This document shows positions 25,218 through 37,826 of a stretch of DNA of 64,000 nt, in pieces. Below the pieces are notes generated by a model. The model made no database searches. It saw only the letters and a list, made by a program, of their open reading frames with translations, and was not told where the DNA came from. The position numbers were made by a program, and so were the translations under genes. The stretch comes from Takakia lepidozioides (lineage: Eukaryota; Plantae; Bryophyta). Every line of letters starts with the position of its first letter. Within the stretch, counting starts at the first letter, position 1. The stretch is from the NCBI GenBank assembly GCA_030704615.1, contig CM060734.1, forward strand, positions 558,001-622,000, written 5' to 3'.

Positions 25218-25556
25218 GTGCCGAGTATGCTAGACAGAGCATACGACTGCCCAATTTGGGCGGAGGGGCTGCCCCCAAGCGGTAGGAGTCCGCTTGTTAC
25301 CATTCAGAGATCACACTCCAGGGAGTTGCAGGGAATGGCCCGTGTAGGCATATTCTAAAGAGGGAAAGGCCCCAAGCTTTCCAACTAAATCCAATGCACT
25401 ACCTTACCTGAAGCAAAGCGCTTCAGGTTGAAACAAACAAGGACACGAGGTCACAAGGCCGGCATTTAGTCACAGAGACATTCATGTACTCCCGTTTCAA
25501 GTCCACCCAATGTCAATAGGCTTCCTAGAGGACAGGGAGAGAAAACAGGTAATAGA

Positions 25557-25625
25557 GATGAGGAGAAGCTGTGGAATGAATACTTTTATGACCCCAGTCA
25601 ATGGTGGGACAACCGAGGCGAAAAG
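25557..25625 (+). pseudogene. Captured fragment of an organellar single-stranded DNA-binding (OSB) protein PDF motif
   Basis: EKLWNEYFYDPSQWWDNRGEK followed by a GT donor; matches the LW..FF..P..WWDNR..K consensus. Confidence 0.7.
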
Positions 25626-25649
25626 GTGTCAATTACCAGATATCATTCT

Positions 25650-26195
25650 AGGGTCATTCTGAACACTGCCCTGGTGACATGTATGCCAAATGTGGGTGCA
25701 TCGAGGATGCAAAGGGAGCGTTCAACACTATGGCTGAACGAGATGTGGTGTCGTGGAGGCTAGATATAACCTGCCAGTTACGGTTACTTGCAAAAACCTC
25801 AAATAACCGGCGGTTTTCATCAAATAACCGCAGGGGACAGAAGCCCTGTATGTAAATCATATTAATGGATGAAGGCTTTGGAGACCTATGAGCAGGGTAT
25901 GCACTGCACGGGCGTGGGATGGAGGCTTTGGAGACCTATGAGCAAATAATGAGGGAAGGGGTACTGAAGTCCGACCATATAACATTTGTGTGCGTTTGCA
26001 ATGCGTGTGCAAGCCTGGCAGCCCTGGAAAAGGGTAGAGGTCCATGGTTGCATCGTCAAAGCTGCAAATGTACCAGATGTCATTCTGAACACTCCCCTGG
26101 TGGACATGTATGCCAAATGTAATGTAGCAAGGATGCAAAGGGAGTGTTCAACAACATGGCTGAACAAGATGTGGTGTCTTGGAGTACCATGATGA
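25650..26195 (+). pseudogene. Rearranged PLS-class PPR gene fragments
   Basis: DMYAKCGCIEDAKGAFNTMAERDVVSW, DHITFVCVCNACASLAALEKG, LVDMYAKC; frameshifted. Confidence 0.85.
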
Positions 26196-26261
26196 CCACC
26201 TTCCCCGGTGACTCTCTCTCTCTCTCTGGGGTGAGTTTGGCATACCTTAAGCTTTTCACAT

Positions 26262-26645
26262 GATGAATTCAAGGTCACATGGTGGGGTCAGTTGAATTGC
26301 ATGCCTAATACCAGATATGGTAAGATATTTATAATCAAATATATTTCTTCGAAGGGAGACCGCCTGTTAACCAGGCCGAGTCTTGGCGGGAAAAGGTAGA
26401 TGAGATTTTGAAGAATCTAAATGTTAATCCTGATGATCACGAATTGACCCTACTGGATGAAGCTAACTTGGAGGGGCTTTGTCCAAAGCATCCTCTGATG
26501 CCCTCACACTGTCCGCTGGAAATAAAGTTAGGCATAAAACCTCCCTAAACTTGTTTTCAATCTGTGACATGGGCAAGGACCTTAAGGACGATCTCAATGG
26601 CCTACCTGCCCTCGTCACTAGACTGAAATTTAAACTCGGGGTGGG
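26262..26645 (+). mobile_element. Old diverged fragment related to the LINE-A 3' region
   Basis: Aligns by eye to about 42975-43335 (GATGAATTCAAGGTC...CTAGACTGAAATTTAAACTC). Confidence 0.7.
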
Positions 26646-27641
26646 AAACCACTAGTGCTAGAATCCCATGGCGCCCAAAGTAACTTGCATGAATGTTGCT
26701 GAAATCTCACAAGCACTCCTCCATAAGGGAACTTGTCAAAATGATGGTGCTATGGGATTTTCAGGCACAAAGGTCTACTGTGGGAGTCATGAAGGCTTTT
26801 GAGGAAAAAAGATCCATGAAATGTCAAGATCATCAAGGCAGCTGCAAAGGAGAAATGACTAGGGATGGGTGACTCAACCGACAGACGTGACTGGTCTTTG
26901 AAACTGGTTGATTCCGTTTGCTCCCATTTTCTTCCTTCTGTTAATTCCGATCGAGTATATTATGGTTGTTCCATTGCAAATTGGGTAGCCAAAAATAGAC
27001 TTGGTTGCTTGATAGGCGGTGGCAATACAGATGGTGACATTTCTTGTGTCAATAAAGTTTCTTTTGTGCATTCCTTGTTGTGATTTATCTTGGTAGTCTA
27101 CTTTCATCGATGTGTGCATGTCTTATTTATCTATGCGACATTGAGTAGTAGGTTATGAATGTAATGAATGACACTAATTGGCTCCACAACACCATGCATC
27201 AATGATGTGATTACATGTAGGAATTAATGTAAATGACACATGTCGGAATTTTAGAATGACACCAATCCATAGGCGAATACAATAGATGTCAAACATTTCA
27301 CATCCATGCACCATCCCCTGCACACCTGGCAGTGCCCACGGTAAGCACGTGTCTCAAAAGTGTGGGTTACATCACACAAACACTTGTCCAAGGTGTGATA
27401 TTCGACAGTGGAACATTCCACACTGACACTGGGCTTTGACATGAGCAATGGCTTATCTCACACGGCGTCCATGGCGTTTTCCACAGAGCCACCTAAGAGC
27501 CATGGCTGTCCACAGGTGTCCGAAAGGACAGGTCTGTTCTGACACCCCTGTGGTCTGTGAACTGGGGTAGATCCCACAAGAAAAATTGTGGAAAAAGCTG
27601 TGAAATGTGAAAAAACCTATTTGTTTTTGTTTGTAGTGCGT

Positions 27642-28105
27642 CGTCCTCCTTTGAATAGGTTCATCTGTGTCTTTTTCAATGTGTCCAGTTCGTAGAATTT
27701 GGATCATTCAAACCTTCTCCTTTCCGGTCTATTGACCATTGAAGTATTTTAGGATGAACCTCGCGCAGGACATGGCTGGCATGAAACACTATGATACCCA
27801 AGTGATTAGTAACATTCATTACAGGACATTTGGGAGTGCATCCAAAAACTTACAGAGGGTCACACAAGACTTTATATTACACAAAGGAGATGTAATCTAA
27901 AATCTTGTGTGGCTCGCATGTAAGTCTTGCCATGCACAAGCCTGAAATGTGATTGCTCTATCATTGCTTAAAATGATGATAGGTTGAAAGTGTGAGTTGG
28001 CAGAAGTCCATTGAACATCCTATCCATTGAACATCCCTTTTCATTGAGAACTGAAACCGATGATCTAGGGGAGATCTCCCGTCCTCCAGTGACGGGAGAT
28101 CTTTG
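27642..28105. repeat. Right-hand continuation of the 17871-18382 repeat
   Basis: 27770-28100 is similar to 18115-18380 and 17935-18075, with GGGAGATCTCCC palindromes. Confidence 0.7.
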
Positions 28106-29349
28106 TAGGTGCACAATTTCACGTGCGGGCTGTTTTTGGAATGTTTTTGAGGCAAGGAGAGCCGATTTGTACAGAGACAACGACGAAACATGACCCTTTG
28201 TATTGGAAACGGCGAAACATCGACATGGCTACAATGGAAGAGGTCTGCGATGTCCATGAAGCCAAAGCGCTCAGGAGTTTATATGACTAGGGTACCTACA
28301 AGGAGCAACAGGGCGTGCGATTCCAGTCGACCGTTCAAACATCTAGGGGCCGATTAAAACGACTGTAGGCAACAATTTGTTGCCCGTTCCTCACCTCAAC
28401 ATGCGATTCAAGCAGAGGCAAGTTAGGAGAGCTTGACCTCAACGACAAACTACCCGCTGGGTTATTCTTTCAACGACACGGTTGACAACAGTCTCGCAAT
28501 TCTAGGTAGAAATTTTCACGTTGCTTCAATACAGTCCATGAGGACGCTGGAGGCGTGGAGCACACATGCTCATGATACGATTTCATTTTCATGCTCAGAT
28601 AAGTCAGTGACAGGGATCAAGCATAGTGTCCCCTGTGTTTTAGTTCATTCATGCAAAACAGACACTGCAGTGCGGCAAGTAGTAGACTGCCGGCAGTGAT
28701 TTCTTTTTCCCATGAGGACAATTCCACCTTTTGGTATGATTTCAATTCCAGGGCTTCCAAGGAGTCTTGGTCTCCTACAAAAAATCCTAAAGAGGTTTTA
28801 TCCAGCGGTAGCCGCCGACTGGGATTTTGCTTTGTTAAGTACATTCAGCGGAATCAAGTGCTGTTTGTGGAGGGCTTTTTGTGAAAATGGAGACAAGATG
28901 ATGTGGAAGGAGTTTCAGCCCCTCGCGTCGATCTATTCCCGACCAAAAAATTATGCTACGCATTGAAACATAGTTTTCACGTGCAATTGGCGCTTGTTTA
29001 TTTTTTATGGTTGATGGTTGGACCACATGAACTTGAAGTTTTGTGGGTGTTTCTAGCATACCACAAGGGAGTTTGTGGTCAAGTTTCAAGATTTTGGGAG
29101 GAAGTTAGCAACAATTCACTATTTTTGAGGTTTTCGGACGACCGTGGCCAAGAGAAATTCATTTTGATGGGATTTTTGGGTCCACAAGAATCAGCACTGC
29201 CCCCAACTAGCTGGTTGGATGATTTATGCCACCTACCAACCAAGAAGTGGTTGATTGCCTATTCCATCCAAGGATTTTTGGATGTCATCCATTCTTTTTT
29301 TATAGTATTTGTAGTATAAATAGATTAGGATTTGAGCTTGTTCAAGGCT

Positions 29350-30608
29350 TCACTTTTGTTTTTTTGCTTGTTACTTGTTTGTTAGTTAGTTGCTTGAAGC
29401 TTGCTTTATGTTTTGGCTTGTTGTGGAATTCCTAGATTGCTTGTTGGCTTAGAGCTTAGCCTAGATGTTTTAGGCAAGCTTGGAGGAAGCATCTAGTTTG
29501 TGCCAGGGAGACTAGGGAGATCCTAGGAGCTAGTGTGTAAGGGCCAAGAGCCATTTTTATGTGAAAAAAGAGAGCATCTTCCCCAAAAAGCAAAGAGGTT
29601 TTATCATTTGAGAGTGTGGTGAGCCCTTGAGGAGTGAAGAGGAGGTAGGAGCAACAAACCCCTTAGAAGAGGTGAGCACTACCCCTTCCCTTCAAGTTTT
29701 GGTAGCCTACTTAGCCAAGTGACCCCCTTTGAGTGGAGAGAGGATAGTCCTAGCCCTTGTTCATGTGTGATGTATTTTGGTATTATCTTGCTTGTCCATT
29801 GTTGTTGGAAGCTTATATCTAACCTTAGCTTGATCCTAGCTACCTAAGGAGTATTAGGAGCTTAGGAAAGAGAGAGACTAACCCTCCTTAGTGGCCAAGA
29901 GGCCCAAGGAGTTGTCATTTTTATCTATGCTTTGTCTTTTGGCTTAAGAGTGGAAAGATCTAACTCCTAAAGAGCTAACCATGCAGTGAGATCTCTAGGA
30001 GGGGTGTGGGTTCTCTTTGCTGTTGGCCACTAGGTTTGATGTTCATGTTTGAAGCTAGCTAAGCATGCAAGGGAAGCTAACCCACTAATATTGGGTAGAT
30101 GCTTGCATAGAGCTTAGTGGGAAACTTTCTTTTGTTTTGTTATTTCATTTCATTTGGCACATGTGAGTGTAGCTTAGTGTGCACTAAGCCCTCTAGACTT
30201 GCCATTTATTTGTCTCTTTGTTACGCATATCACCTCCCCATAGGAGAGGAGCAAGGTGGAAGAGCTAGCAAATTTGTGATGTTTTTTTCAAGTTTATTTT
30301 GTCGCTGGAAATTTATTTTTCATGCATAACTAATTCACAAATAAAAAATCAGATCTAATATAGCCTCCCTAGCTTGGTTAAGCTATGGAGGACCATAGCT
30401 AACCCTTGGGAAGGTTAGGCTAGCCCCTTTGGGGTTAGCTTGGGGTTTATTTCTTTGTTTTTTTTAGGTGCAAGCAAAAGACCATGGATTCATGATGGGG
30501 CAATAGCCATGAGTTGGCTATTGGTTTGAAGCTGGCTGCAGGCCCCGCGGAATCCGCGGCGTTGACAACCCTAGCCCCCAAGCTGCTCGACAGCAGCCAC
30601 GCGGGGGG

Positions 30609-30639
<31 letters not shown>

Positions 30640-33600
30640 CGTGCTGGCCACCCAAGCGTACTCTGGCTTTACCCAGCGGTCTGTCGTTTTACCCGGGCAG
30701 CCGCGACCAGCGGTCCGTCGGCCCGCCCTACCACGTGCTGCCACTCTGCGTTGTGACCAGCAGGTAACCAGGATGGTCCGGACCAGTGGGTAAGAAATTA
30801 AGCGGGGGGGGTCTTAGCTAGGAAAATACTTTTGAATGGTTCTTGCCTTGTTCGATTGAGGGAGTGTTGAGATGTTGCCTCCTTAGGCTGGGTTGGGAAT
30901 TTGAATGGAAGGCGAAGGTCTTCGAGGCCTTCGTTTTGGTATGTCATAGGTGGTCAGATCGGAAATCGGCCGCTTGTCTCACACCGAGAGACCTTGCTCA
31001 CAAAAAGCGGATGATAAGTACAAAGCTTTTGGGAGGGGTAGAAGGGGGTTTGAAGTGGGAGAGGGAGTCATTTCCGGTTGCACCCAGCCTTAAAATGCAC
31101 TTAGATAAGGTGGAGGAACCAACAGCGGACCCACCAAAATATATTATTCATATGTGAGGAGCGCTTTTTGAGGAATGTGGAATAGTGGATGGTTAGGAAT
31201 GGATGGATGAGCGGTGGATGAGATAAGCAGTATTTCATCTGCAGAATGGATGTAGGACGGATGAAGGCAGGATGATAAATGCAGTTTTTCATCCATTGCA
31301 GGGATGAATGGTGGATGATATGTGGATGATAAATGCAGTTTTTCATCCGGTATTTTAACAAGTCATTTTAGCTCTAGGGGGGTTTGAACCTGAGATCTAG
31401 AGGCTAGGGGCTATGTATTAAAGGCTTAGGGGATTGTTTGGACCTATTAGCCTATGGTCCCACATCTTGATAATGGTTTTTGGGCAATGAGAGGGGGTTA
31501 GAGAATTATCTAGAGGCCAAGCCATGGATCATTGGAAAGCTTAGATGAAGTCCTACCTTATGCCTATTTTTCTAGAATTAGTGAATTTTCAGCCTTAGTA
31601 TTTAATTTTGAAGTGGGTTTTCTGTTTAGAAAATTACCAAAAAATAGGAATAGAGGTAAGTAAATCTAGGATTTTTATCTCTATTTCCTAATTATCATAG
31701 CTTGCCTAGGATAGTATTTTTTCCATTTCTCTTATCAATATCTAGTGCTAAAAAATAGCCAAGGGCCCTAGCAGCTAACGAAAAAATGGGATATTGTCCA
31801 GGTAAAGAGCTTTTTGGCTAGGCTAGGGTGTGCTCTCCCCTTCGGATAGCGGAAACGTAGGCGACCCCTTTGCACACACGTGCGATCCGGGGGCGCGTGT
31901 TGGTGAAGCAACCCAGACCTAAGCGGCTTGCCCTTAACGCTTTCGGCAACAGTCAATCCAGGTGAAGAAGATCTTCTGGGGACACCGACAAGCTCCGGGG
32001 TGAAGCCGTGTTAACCGTAATAAAGAAGACTTGGAAGGCAATCAGCTAGGAGTAGATTCCGTAGGAGACAACAAACGAATTATGCCCTGTGAGCGTAGGA
32101 GTTGAAACCTGCGTTTGCTGGTAGCTTAAGATAGCGAGAGGTAGTTCCCTCCATCGACCGTTGACCCTCCGCCAAGCTTAGTGACACACTTCACGGGTGG
32201 GCAGTTCTTGAGCCCAACCCATCTCGTCGCCGGACTCCAGGCCCCGGATCGACGTTAGCCTTCGTTTTCCCCGCGATTGTTGTGCGCGCGGCGAGGCTCG
32301 TCATATTAGTAGTGCGTCTGCCCATGGTCGTAGGTTGCTACTAACGGTGATTAGTGGTTGGATTTCACATCAACACGGATTGCTAAGGTTCGAAATGGTA
32401 CGCCCTGAACCTAGTTTTTCTTTGTACCAACGTGCATATCTTTTTGTAGGGTCTTGCCCTATCAAAAAGATAGACCTAGATGGTTGTTTAGGTTGTTGTT
32501 AATGTTTTCGAGCGATATTCTTGCTGTATAAGGATGCAGTATATGTATACAAAGCTCATTGGACAGAGAAGGCCGAGTTACTACGGCAGAAAACCTGCAT
32601 GGTCCGGTCATTGAAGAGGCACCATCTATTAAAGTGCTAGTATCTCTAGTCCGTCTTCAGTGATGGTCACAGTAGTGTCATCCCAACTGCCTATGCGTCC
32701 AGTCGTTGAGGTGCCTATTGTGGTGCCTATTGGATTGAGACCCTTGCGGATTCCTTCCAGTTTACCATATATTTTTGGAGAATCCCAGGAGAACCCTGAA
32801 GGCCACATTCAGAACTTCATGCAGGTATGTTGTTCAAATCAGACAGTGGATAATGCTTACTAGCTTATTTGGTTTCCCACCACTTTAAAGGGCAAGGCGT
32901 TGACCTGGTACTGGCAACAGCCCAACGATCATTTATTGTTTGGGACCAAATACGCGATGCGTTCATAAATCGATTTCGCGTTGTGCATCAGTTTACAAGT
33001 GTCTTAATGGCTTTGGCCAGAATTCGCCAAGGACCTACTGAAGAGGTGGCTGACTTTGAAGTCAAATTTCGAGAACTTATGAGGTTCCAAAATCCACTTA
33101 CTCCTTTGAATGATGCAGTGTTGAAAGATTGTTTTCTGATGTGGTTTGAGAGAGGCCATTCATTTTTATGTTTTGCAGCAGAAGCCTGCTACTTTGGTGG
33201 ACGCCATTACCAGCGGGAAGGAGTTTGATGATATATATCGACAAGTTCAGAGAGCGAAAATGCCCGAACTTGCGCTACTTTCCTATGTCGCAATGGATCC
33301 GGCTAATCTACCAATGACAACGGCAACAACAGCCTGTCCAGTATACACTAACTCTTTTCCAGCTCCACCTTTTGATTACCACATTGAGTCCATGGGTCCA
33401 GAGGAGGCACGAATGGGTCATATGGAATCTAAGATATCCTCATTAATGAAGACGATGGAATCAGTGGCAATCAATGAGTGTTATAGGTCACCAGGTGACT
33501 AACTATGTGGCACACAGAAATGTAGCACAAACAGACCCAGACTTGGGTGAGCTTTGGTGTTATCTTTGCAAAATCTTTGGTCATTCTTCAGACAATTGTG

Positions 33601-33930
33601 CTAATGATCAAGAGGGGCATTCAACCAAGTATCTAATCCTCCAATGTTGAGATGTTTTGATCAGGAAAATATCGATCATTGTGAGAAGTGTGGTATTTCA
33701 GGCCACAAGGTGGAGACTTGTTGGAAAGACACGATCTGTAGCCATTGCGGGAAGGTCGGTCATCCATCGGATAAGTGCAGAAGGAGACTCAAAGAGATTA
33801 AATGATCAACTTTTGTAATGCAGCAAGAGATCCACAAGAACAAGCAAAGGCACATACCCGGTGTCCGGACCAACATCATGTTGTCTGGTTGACATGATGA
33901 TGTATCTTCACATGTGCTATCTGCACATGC
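29350..33930 (+). mobile_element. 5' part (LTR/leader and degenerate gag) of another Ty3/Gypsy element; boundaries approximate
   Basis: Gag at about 32740-33800: ENPEGHIQNF, FPTTLKGKALTWY, WDQIRDAFINRF, and three CCHC knuckles (CYLCKIFGHSSDNC, CEKCGISGHKVETC, CSHCGKVGHPSDKC). Long non-coding leader upstream. Confidence 0.6.
30603..30639 (+). repeat. Poly-G tract
   Basis: About 36 G with one C interruption. Confidence 0.9.
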
Positions 33931-36838
33931 TGAGAAGGACCTATAGTCACCGGAGGAGAGAGACGACGTATACGGCGGTTCTTGAGGGCTTACAGGAACT
34001 GCTTTGCCTTCAGTTTGAAGGACTTAGGAGCACTGAAGGGTCAAGAGATTCGCATTGAATTGGCTATTGACACGCCAATCTTTCGGAGACCCTATAGATA
34101 TAGTGACATGGAGAGGTCCTTGATTCAGATGAGAACTCAAGACCTTTGGGAGGCTGGTTTGGTGGAGCTATCTGGGGGAGAGTATGCTTCAGCCACAGTG
34201 ATGCCAGCCAAGAAGGATGTCTTTGGCAATTGGACGGAGAGACGTATGTGCGGTGATTACCGGTCTGTAAATCGTCAGACCAAGTTCGATAGGTATGCCA
34301 TGCCAACACCAGAGGAGATCTTTGATGCCATTGGGCATGCCAAGGTCTTTAGCACGTTGGATTTACGATCCGGATATCACCAGTTGCCGATCAAGGAGGC
34401 GGATAAGCAAAAGACGACATTCTGGGGGATCAATGAGCACGGGAAGGATTGCCTATACCAGTGGCGGTTCTTACCATTTGGGCTTAAGAACGCTCCGGCA
34501 GAGTTTCAGAGAGTCATGGACAGGATTCTAGCAGGGGTGGAGTTTGCTCGGTGCTACATAGATGACATCATCATCTTTAGTGCTACGGTGGAAGAGCATG
34601 AGAGACACCTTCAGGGGGTATTTGAGCGCTTGAGGGCGCACGGATTGAAGTTACATCTGGGAAAGTGCAAGTTTTTCCACAACCATTGAGTATCTGGGTC
34701 ACATGTATATCCTGGAGGATTGGGGGTACAACAGACTAAGGTAGAGTCCATTGCACAGGTTCCACGCCCCACGGATGTGAGCCGAGTTCGAGCTTTCATG
34801 GGGTTAACAAACTATTATAGACGGTTTGTTAAGGGATTTAGTGCCATTGCAAAGGCTCTAACCAAGCTGACCAAGGTGGACCAAGAGTGCCAGTGGGAAG
34901 ATGAGCAAGAACAAGCTTTTCAAGCTCAGGCGAGGTTGATCTCGGCGCCCATCTTGAGACGACCTATCAGGGGCGTCCTTTTCAGCTGCATACAGATTGG
35001 AGCATGCTGGGCTTGGAGCGGTGCTCATACATGTGGATGATGAGGGAAGAGAGTTCGTAGTGGCTTATGCTAGCCGCTCAAACAACGTTGCAGAGTCTAA
35101 GTATAGCTCATATGAAGAAGAATGCTTAGCTGCAGTGTGGGCCGTGGCACACTTCAGGTGCTATCTATACGGCAATCTCTTCACCTTTGTCACGGATCAC
35201 CAACCACTCAAGTGGTTGATGGAGTCAGACAAGCTTACGGGGAAGTTTGCACGGTGGACACTCATCCTTCAAGAGTATGACTTTCAGGTGGTGCATCGAC
35301 TGGGTTTGGTCAATCGCAATGCAGATGGGTTGAGTCGCAATCCATGCACGAGCCAGCAGGATGACACTGGAGCTCGGTGGCATGGTGAGACGGACGAGGA
35401 GATGGTGCCCGGATGGCATGCATCTGCATTTCTGTGTATCTTGGCAGCGGAAGGCCAGGTTGGACCTGCAACAGGGATGACTGTAGATCAAGTGTCTGAG
35501 GACCCTGAGGCCAGCAATGAGCAAGGTGGCGCCAAAGATATACATGAGGATTCAGTTGTGTTGGACTACCTCCGCACTGGAGACACTGCAGCCACTGTGA
35601 CTGCCAAGGAGAGGGATCGGATCCTACAACGAGCCAAGAGGTTCAAGTGGAGGGGACACACCTGCTCCGAGTGTGGGAGGATGGTCGAGTGAGGATTGTG
35701 CCTCACCCAACACAGCGGACACGGTTAGTGCGGCATGCCCATGAGGAGTTGGGGCATTTTGGGGTGCGACGCACTCATAGTCTACTGCAGGGGCAGTATT
35801 GGTGGCGTGGTATGCACACAGAGGTGCAACAATTTGTGGCTAGGTGTATGGTGTGTGACAGGGTGCGTGCTTCATTCAACGCCCCTACTCCACAATTGCA
35901 CCCTCTTCCGATCATGGGATTGGGCTACAGGTGGAGTCTTGACTTCGCAGGGCCGTTGCCACCGACCATGCGCCCACAACAAGTACGTGTTGGTGATGGG
36001 GAGCACTTCTCCAAGTGGATTGAATTGGTTTCATTGCCTGATAAGGCTAGTGAGGGAGCTGCGTATGCATTCTTGGATTGTGTGCTTAGCCGATTCGGTG
36101 CTCCAGCTGAGGTACTCACGGACCAAGGGAGAGAGTTCTTGGGGGGAGTTTCAGGCTTTGTGTGACAAGGCCTTGACAGACCACCGCACCACTTCTCGGG
36201 ATCATCCTGAGGCCGATGGCTTGGCAGAGAGAGTTGTTCAGACAGTAAAAAGGGGTTTGCGCAAGTATGGCTTGCAGAAGGGACACATAGGAGATTGGGA
36301 CCTTCAGTTACCCTGGTTAGCCATGGGCTACAGGTTCAGCAAGCAAGCATCACTTGCCTCCTTCTCACCATACTTTCTTCTCTTTGGCCGAGAGCCGGAT
36401 TTGCCTACATCCATTCGCAGAGAAGCTGCTACAGTTTCTTAACCTTGACGATCCGGACGTGTGGGCACGTGCATGTGAGCAGCGTGCAGAGTTGTTCAAG
36501 AAAGTCATGCCCATGGCTTTCGAGAACCTTGCCATTGCACAACATCGTGATACGTTGAGGTATGCTACCATATGTGGTGGGGGCTATCGTCCTGGGGTTC
36601 GGAGATTCAACCCTGGTGACTATGTTTATCTGCAGCAGACTGCTCCTACGACCTTGGATGTGATTGCAAGACGTACTATTTTGAGGGTTCGAGAGGTGTT
36701 GCCCTCAGGAGTCTTGATCTTGGAGGGTCGGGATGGCATGATTTGGAAGGACCATGTGCGTATTGCGCGCCATGTCACATTCCAAATGTTGATGGAAGGG
36801 TTGACCCAAACCTGGCAGTGGTACCTGCAAGTTTGAGG

Positions 36839-36973
36839 TGCATGTTGTGTGAGTCTGCTAGAGGGGCAGCCACCATGCTGGTGTGTGATCAATGCTCTAG
36901 AGGTTGGCATATGGGATGCTTGACTCCACCTCTTGAGATGGTTCCTGATGGGGATTGGTTATGTCCGCATTGC
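36839..36973 (+). other. PHD finger (C4HC3) at the integrase C-terminus
   Basis: CMLC..MLVCDQCSRGWHMGCLTPPLEMVPDGDWLCPHC, stop at 36980-36982. Homologue at about 57775-57918 (-). Confidence 0.92.
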
Positions 36974-37237
36974 ATTGGATAGTGAGAGTGGATACAACCA
37001 TGGAAGGCTAACAAGAATGCAAGGCCAAGCTACTAGGAGACCAACACACGAGATCCTGACTCAAGTTCACAGATTGCAAGACGGCAACTAACGATGGGGT
37101 TGCTCTTGTACCCGCCTCTTGGTCTATAGAGTTTGAGTACAATAGGGACAGTGATAGAGGACTTAGTACGGCTGTGGCTATTACATCTTGTAGCTATCTG
37201 GAGTTAGAGGGACCTAACCACCAGCTAGGGGGGCGAT

Positions 37238-37826
37238 TGTGGTATAGCTTTCTAGGATTGTGTGCTTAGTGTGGTGGACAGCGATGTATGTTGTGGCACG
37301 ATGCTTAGGTGCACGACAGCTGTCATGGTTTTAGTCATGGTTATCTAGAATTACCTATTCTAGTTAACTAGGACATTTTAGATATTTATATTTATATTTT
37401 GTGTGTTGGGACTTCATTTGGTCTCACATGCCAAGTGAGGTGTCGAGCCTCACTTGAGACATGGAGATAGGTTTTCCCCTTGTGAGTGTTGAGGAGGCTC
37501 ATCTTCTTGTAGTTGAGCCTCCATGAGCTTCTTTCACCTCCATAGCTCTAGGTATTGAGAGGGAGTGTGTTGAGGGTTTTGTAGGGTGGATTCCTTTAGC
37601 AAATGTGCCCTTGACTTGACTTAGTTTATGTGATAGAGTGGATTTCACTTGGAAGGACTATGACTTGTTCTTCATGTGATTGCTTCATGCTTTGAGAGCT
37701 TTCATTGTCTTCTACTTCTCTCATTTCTCATCTCTTATCATTGTGGTATAGCTTTCTAGGATTGTGTGCTTAGATTGTGTGGTGGACAGCGATGTATGTT
37801 GTGGCACGATGCTTAGGTGCACGACA
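37238..37826 (+). repeat. 3' terminal structure B1 (37238-37318) - GC - A (37321-37740) - T - B2 (37742-37826)
   Basis: B1 and B2 are identical apart from a 4-nt indel and both run TG...GACA. A is homologous to 2238-2564. Confidence 0.85.

Larger units (their letters stand above)
20683..25541 (-). mobile_element. Near full-length RTE/RTEX-like LINE, family A copy 1
   Basis: 15-bp TSD AAAACAGGTAATAGA at 20668-20682 and 25542-25556. Encodes APE-RT-CCHC. Confidence 0.93.
18383..27638. mobile_element. Non-autonomous CACTA (EnSpm) element carrying host gene fragments (Pack-CACTA)
   Basis: Termini CACTACAACAAAAA and TTTTTGTTTGTAGTG. 3-bp TSD CGT at 18380-18382 and 27639-27641. No transposase seen. 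Confidence 0.85.
33938..37826 (+). mobile_element. DNMT-Gypsy copy 2 (RT-RNaseH-IN-PHD, PPT, B-A-B terminus; 5'-truncated)
   Basis: RT/RH closely similar to 9515-10920. Integrase HHCC (HEELGH..CMVC) and D,D,E residues (SLDF, TDQG, AER). PPT AGGGGGGCGAT at 37227-37237. Confidence 0.93.

Noticed and set aside
28430-29320. Protein-coding gene from the short overlapping ORFs
   Set aside because: No recognisable motifs or consistent frame on either strand.
30603-30639. Functional G-quadruplex or poly-Gly coding segment
   Set aside because: Long homopolymer length is unreliable in assemblies, and the surrounding ORF has no support.
33938-37826. DIRS/Ngaro tyrosine-recombinase retrotransposon
   Set aside because: Despite the split-repeat topology, it has a Gypsy-type RT/RNase H, an HHCC-DDE integrase and a PPT, with no recognisable tyrosine recombinase.
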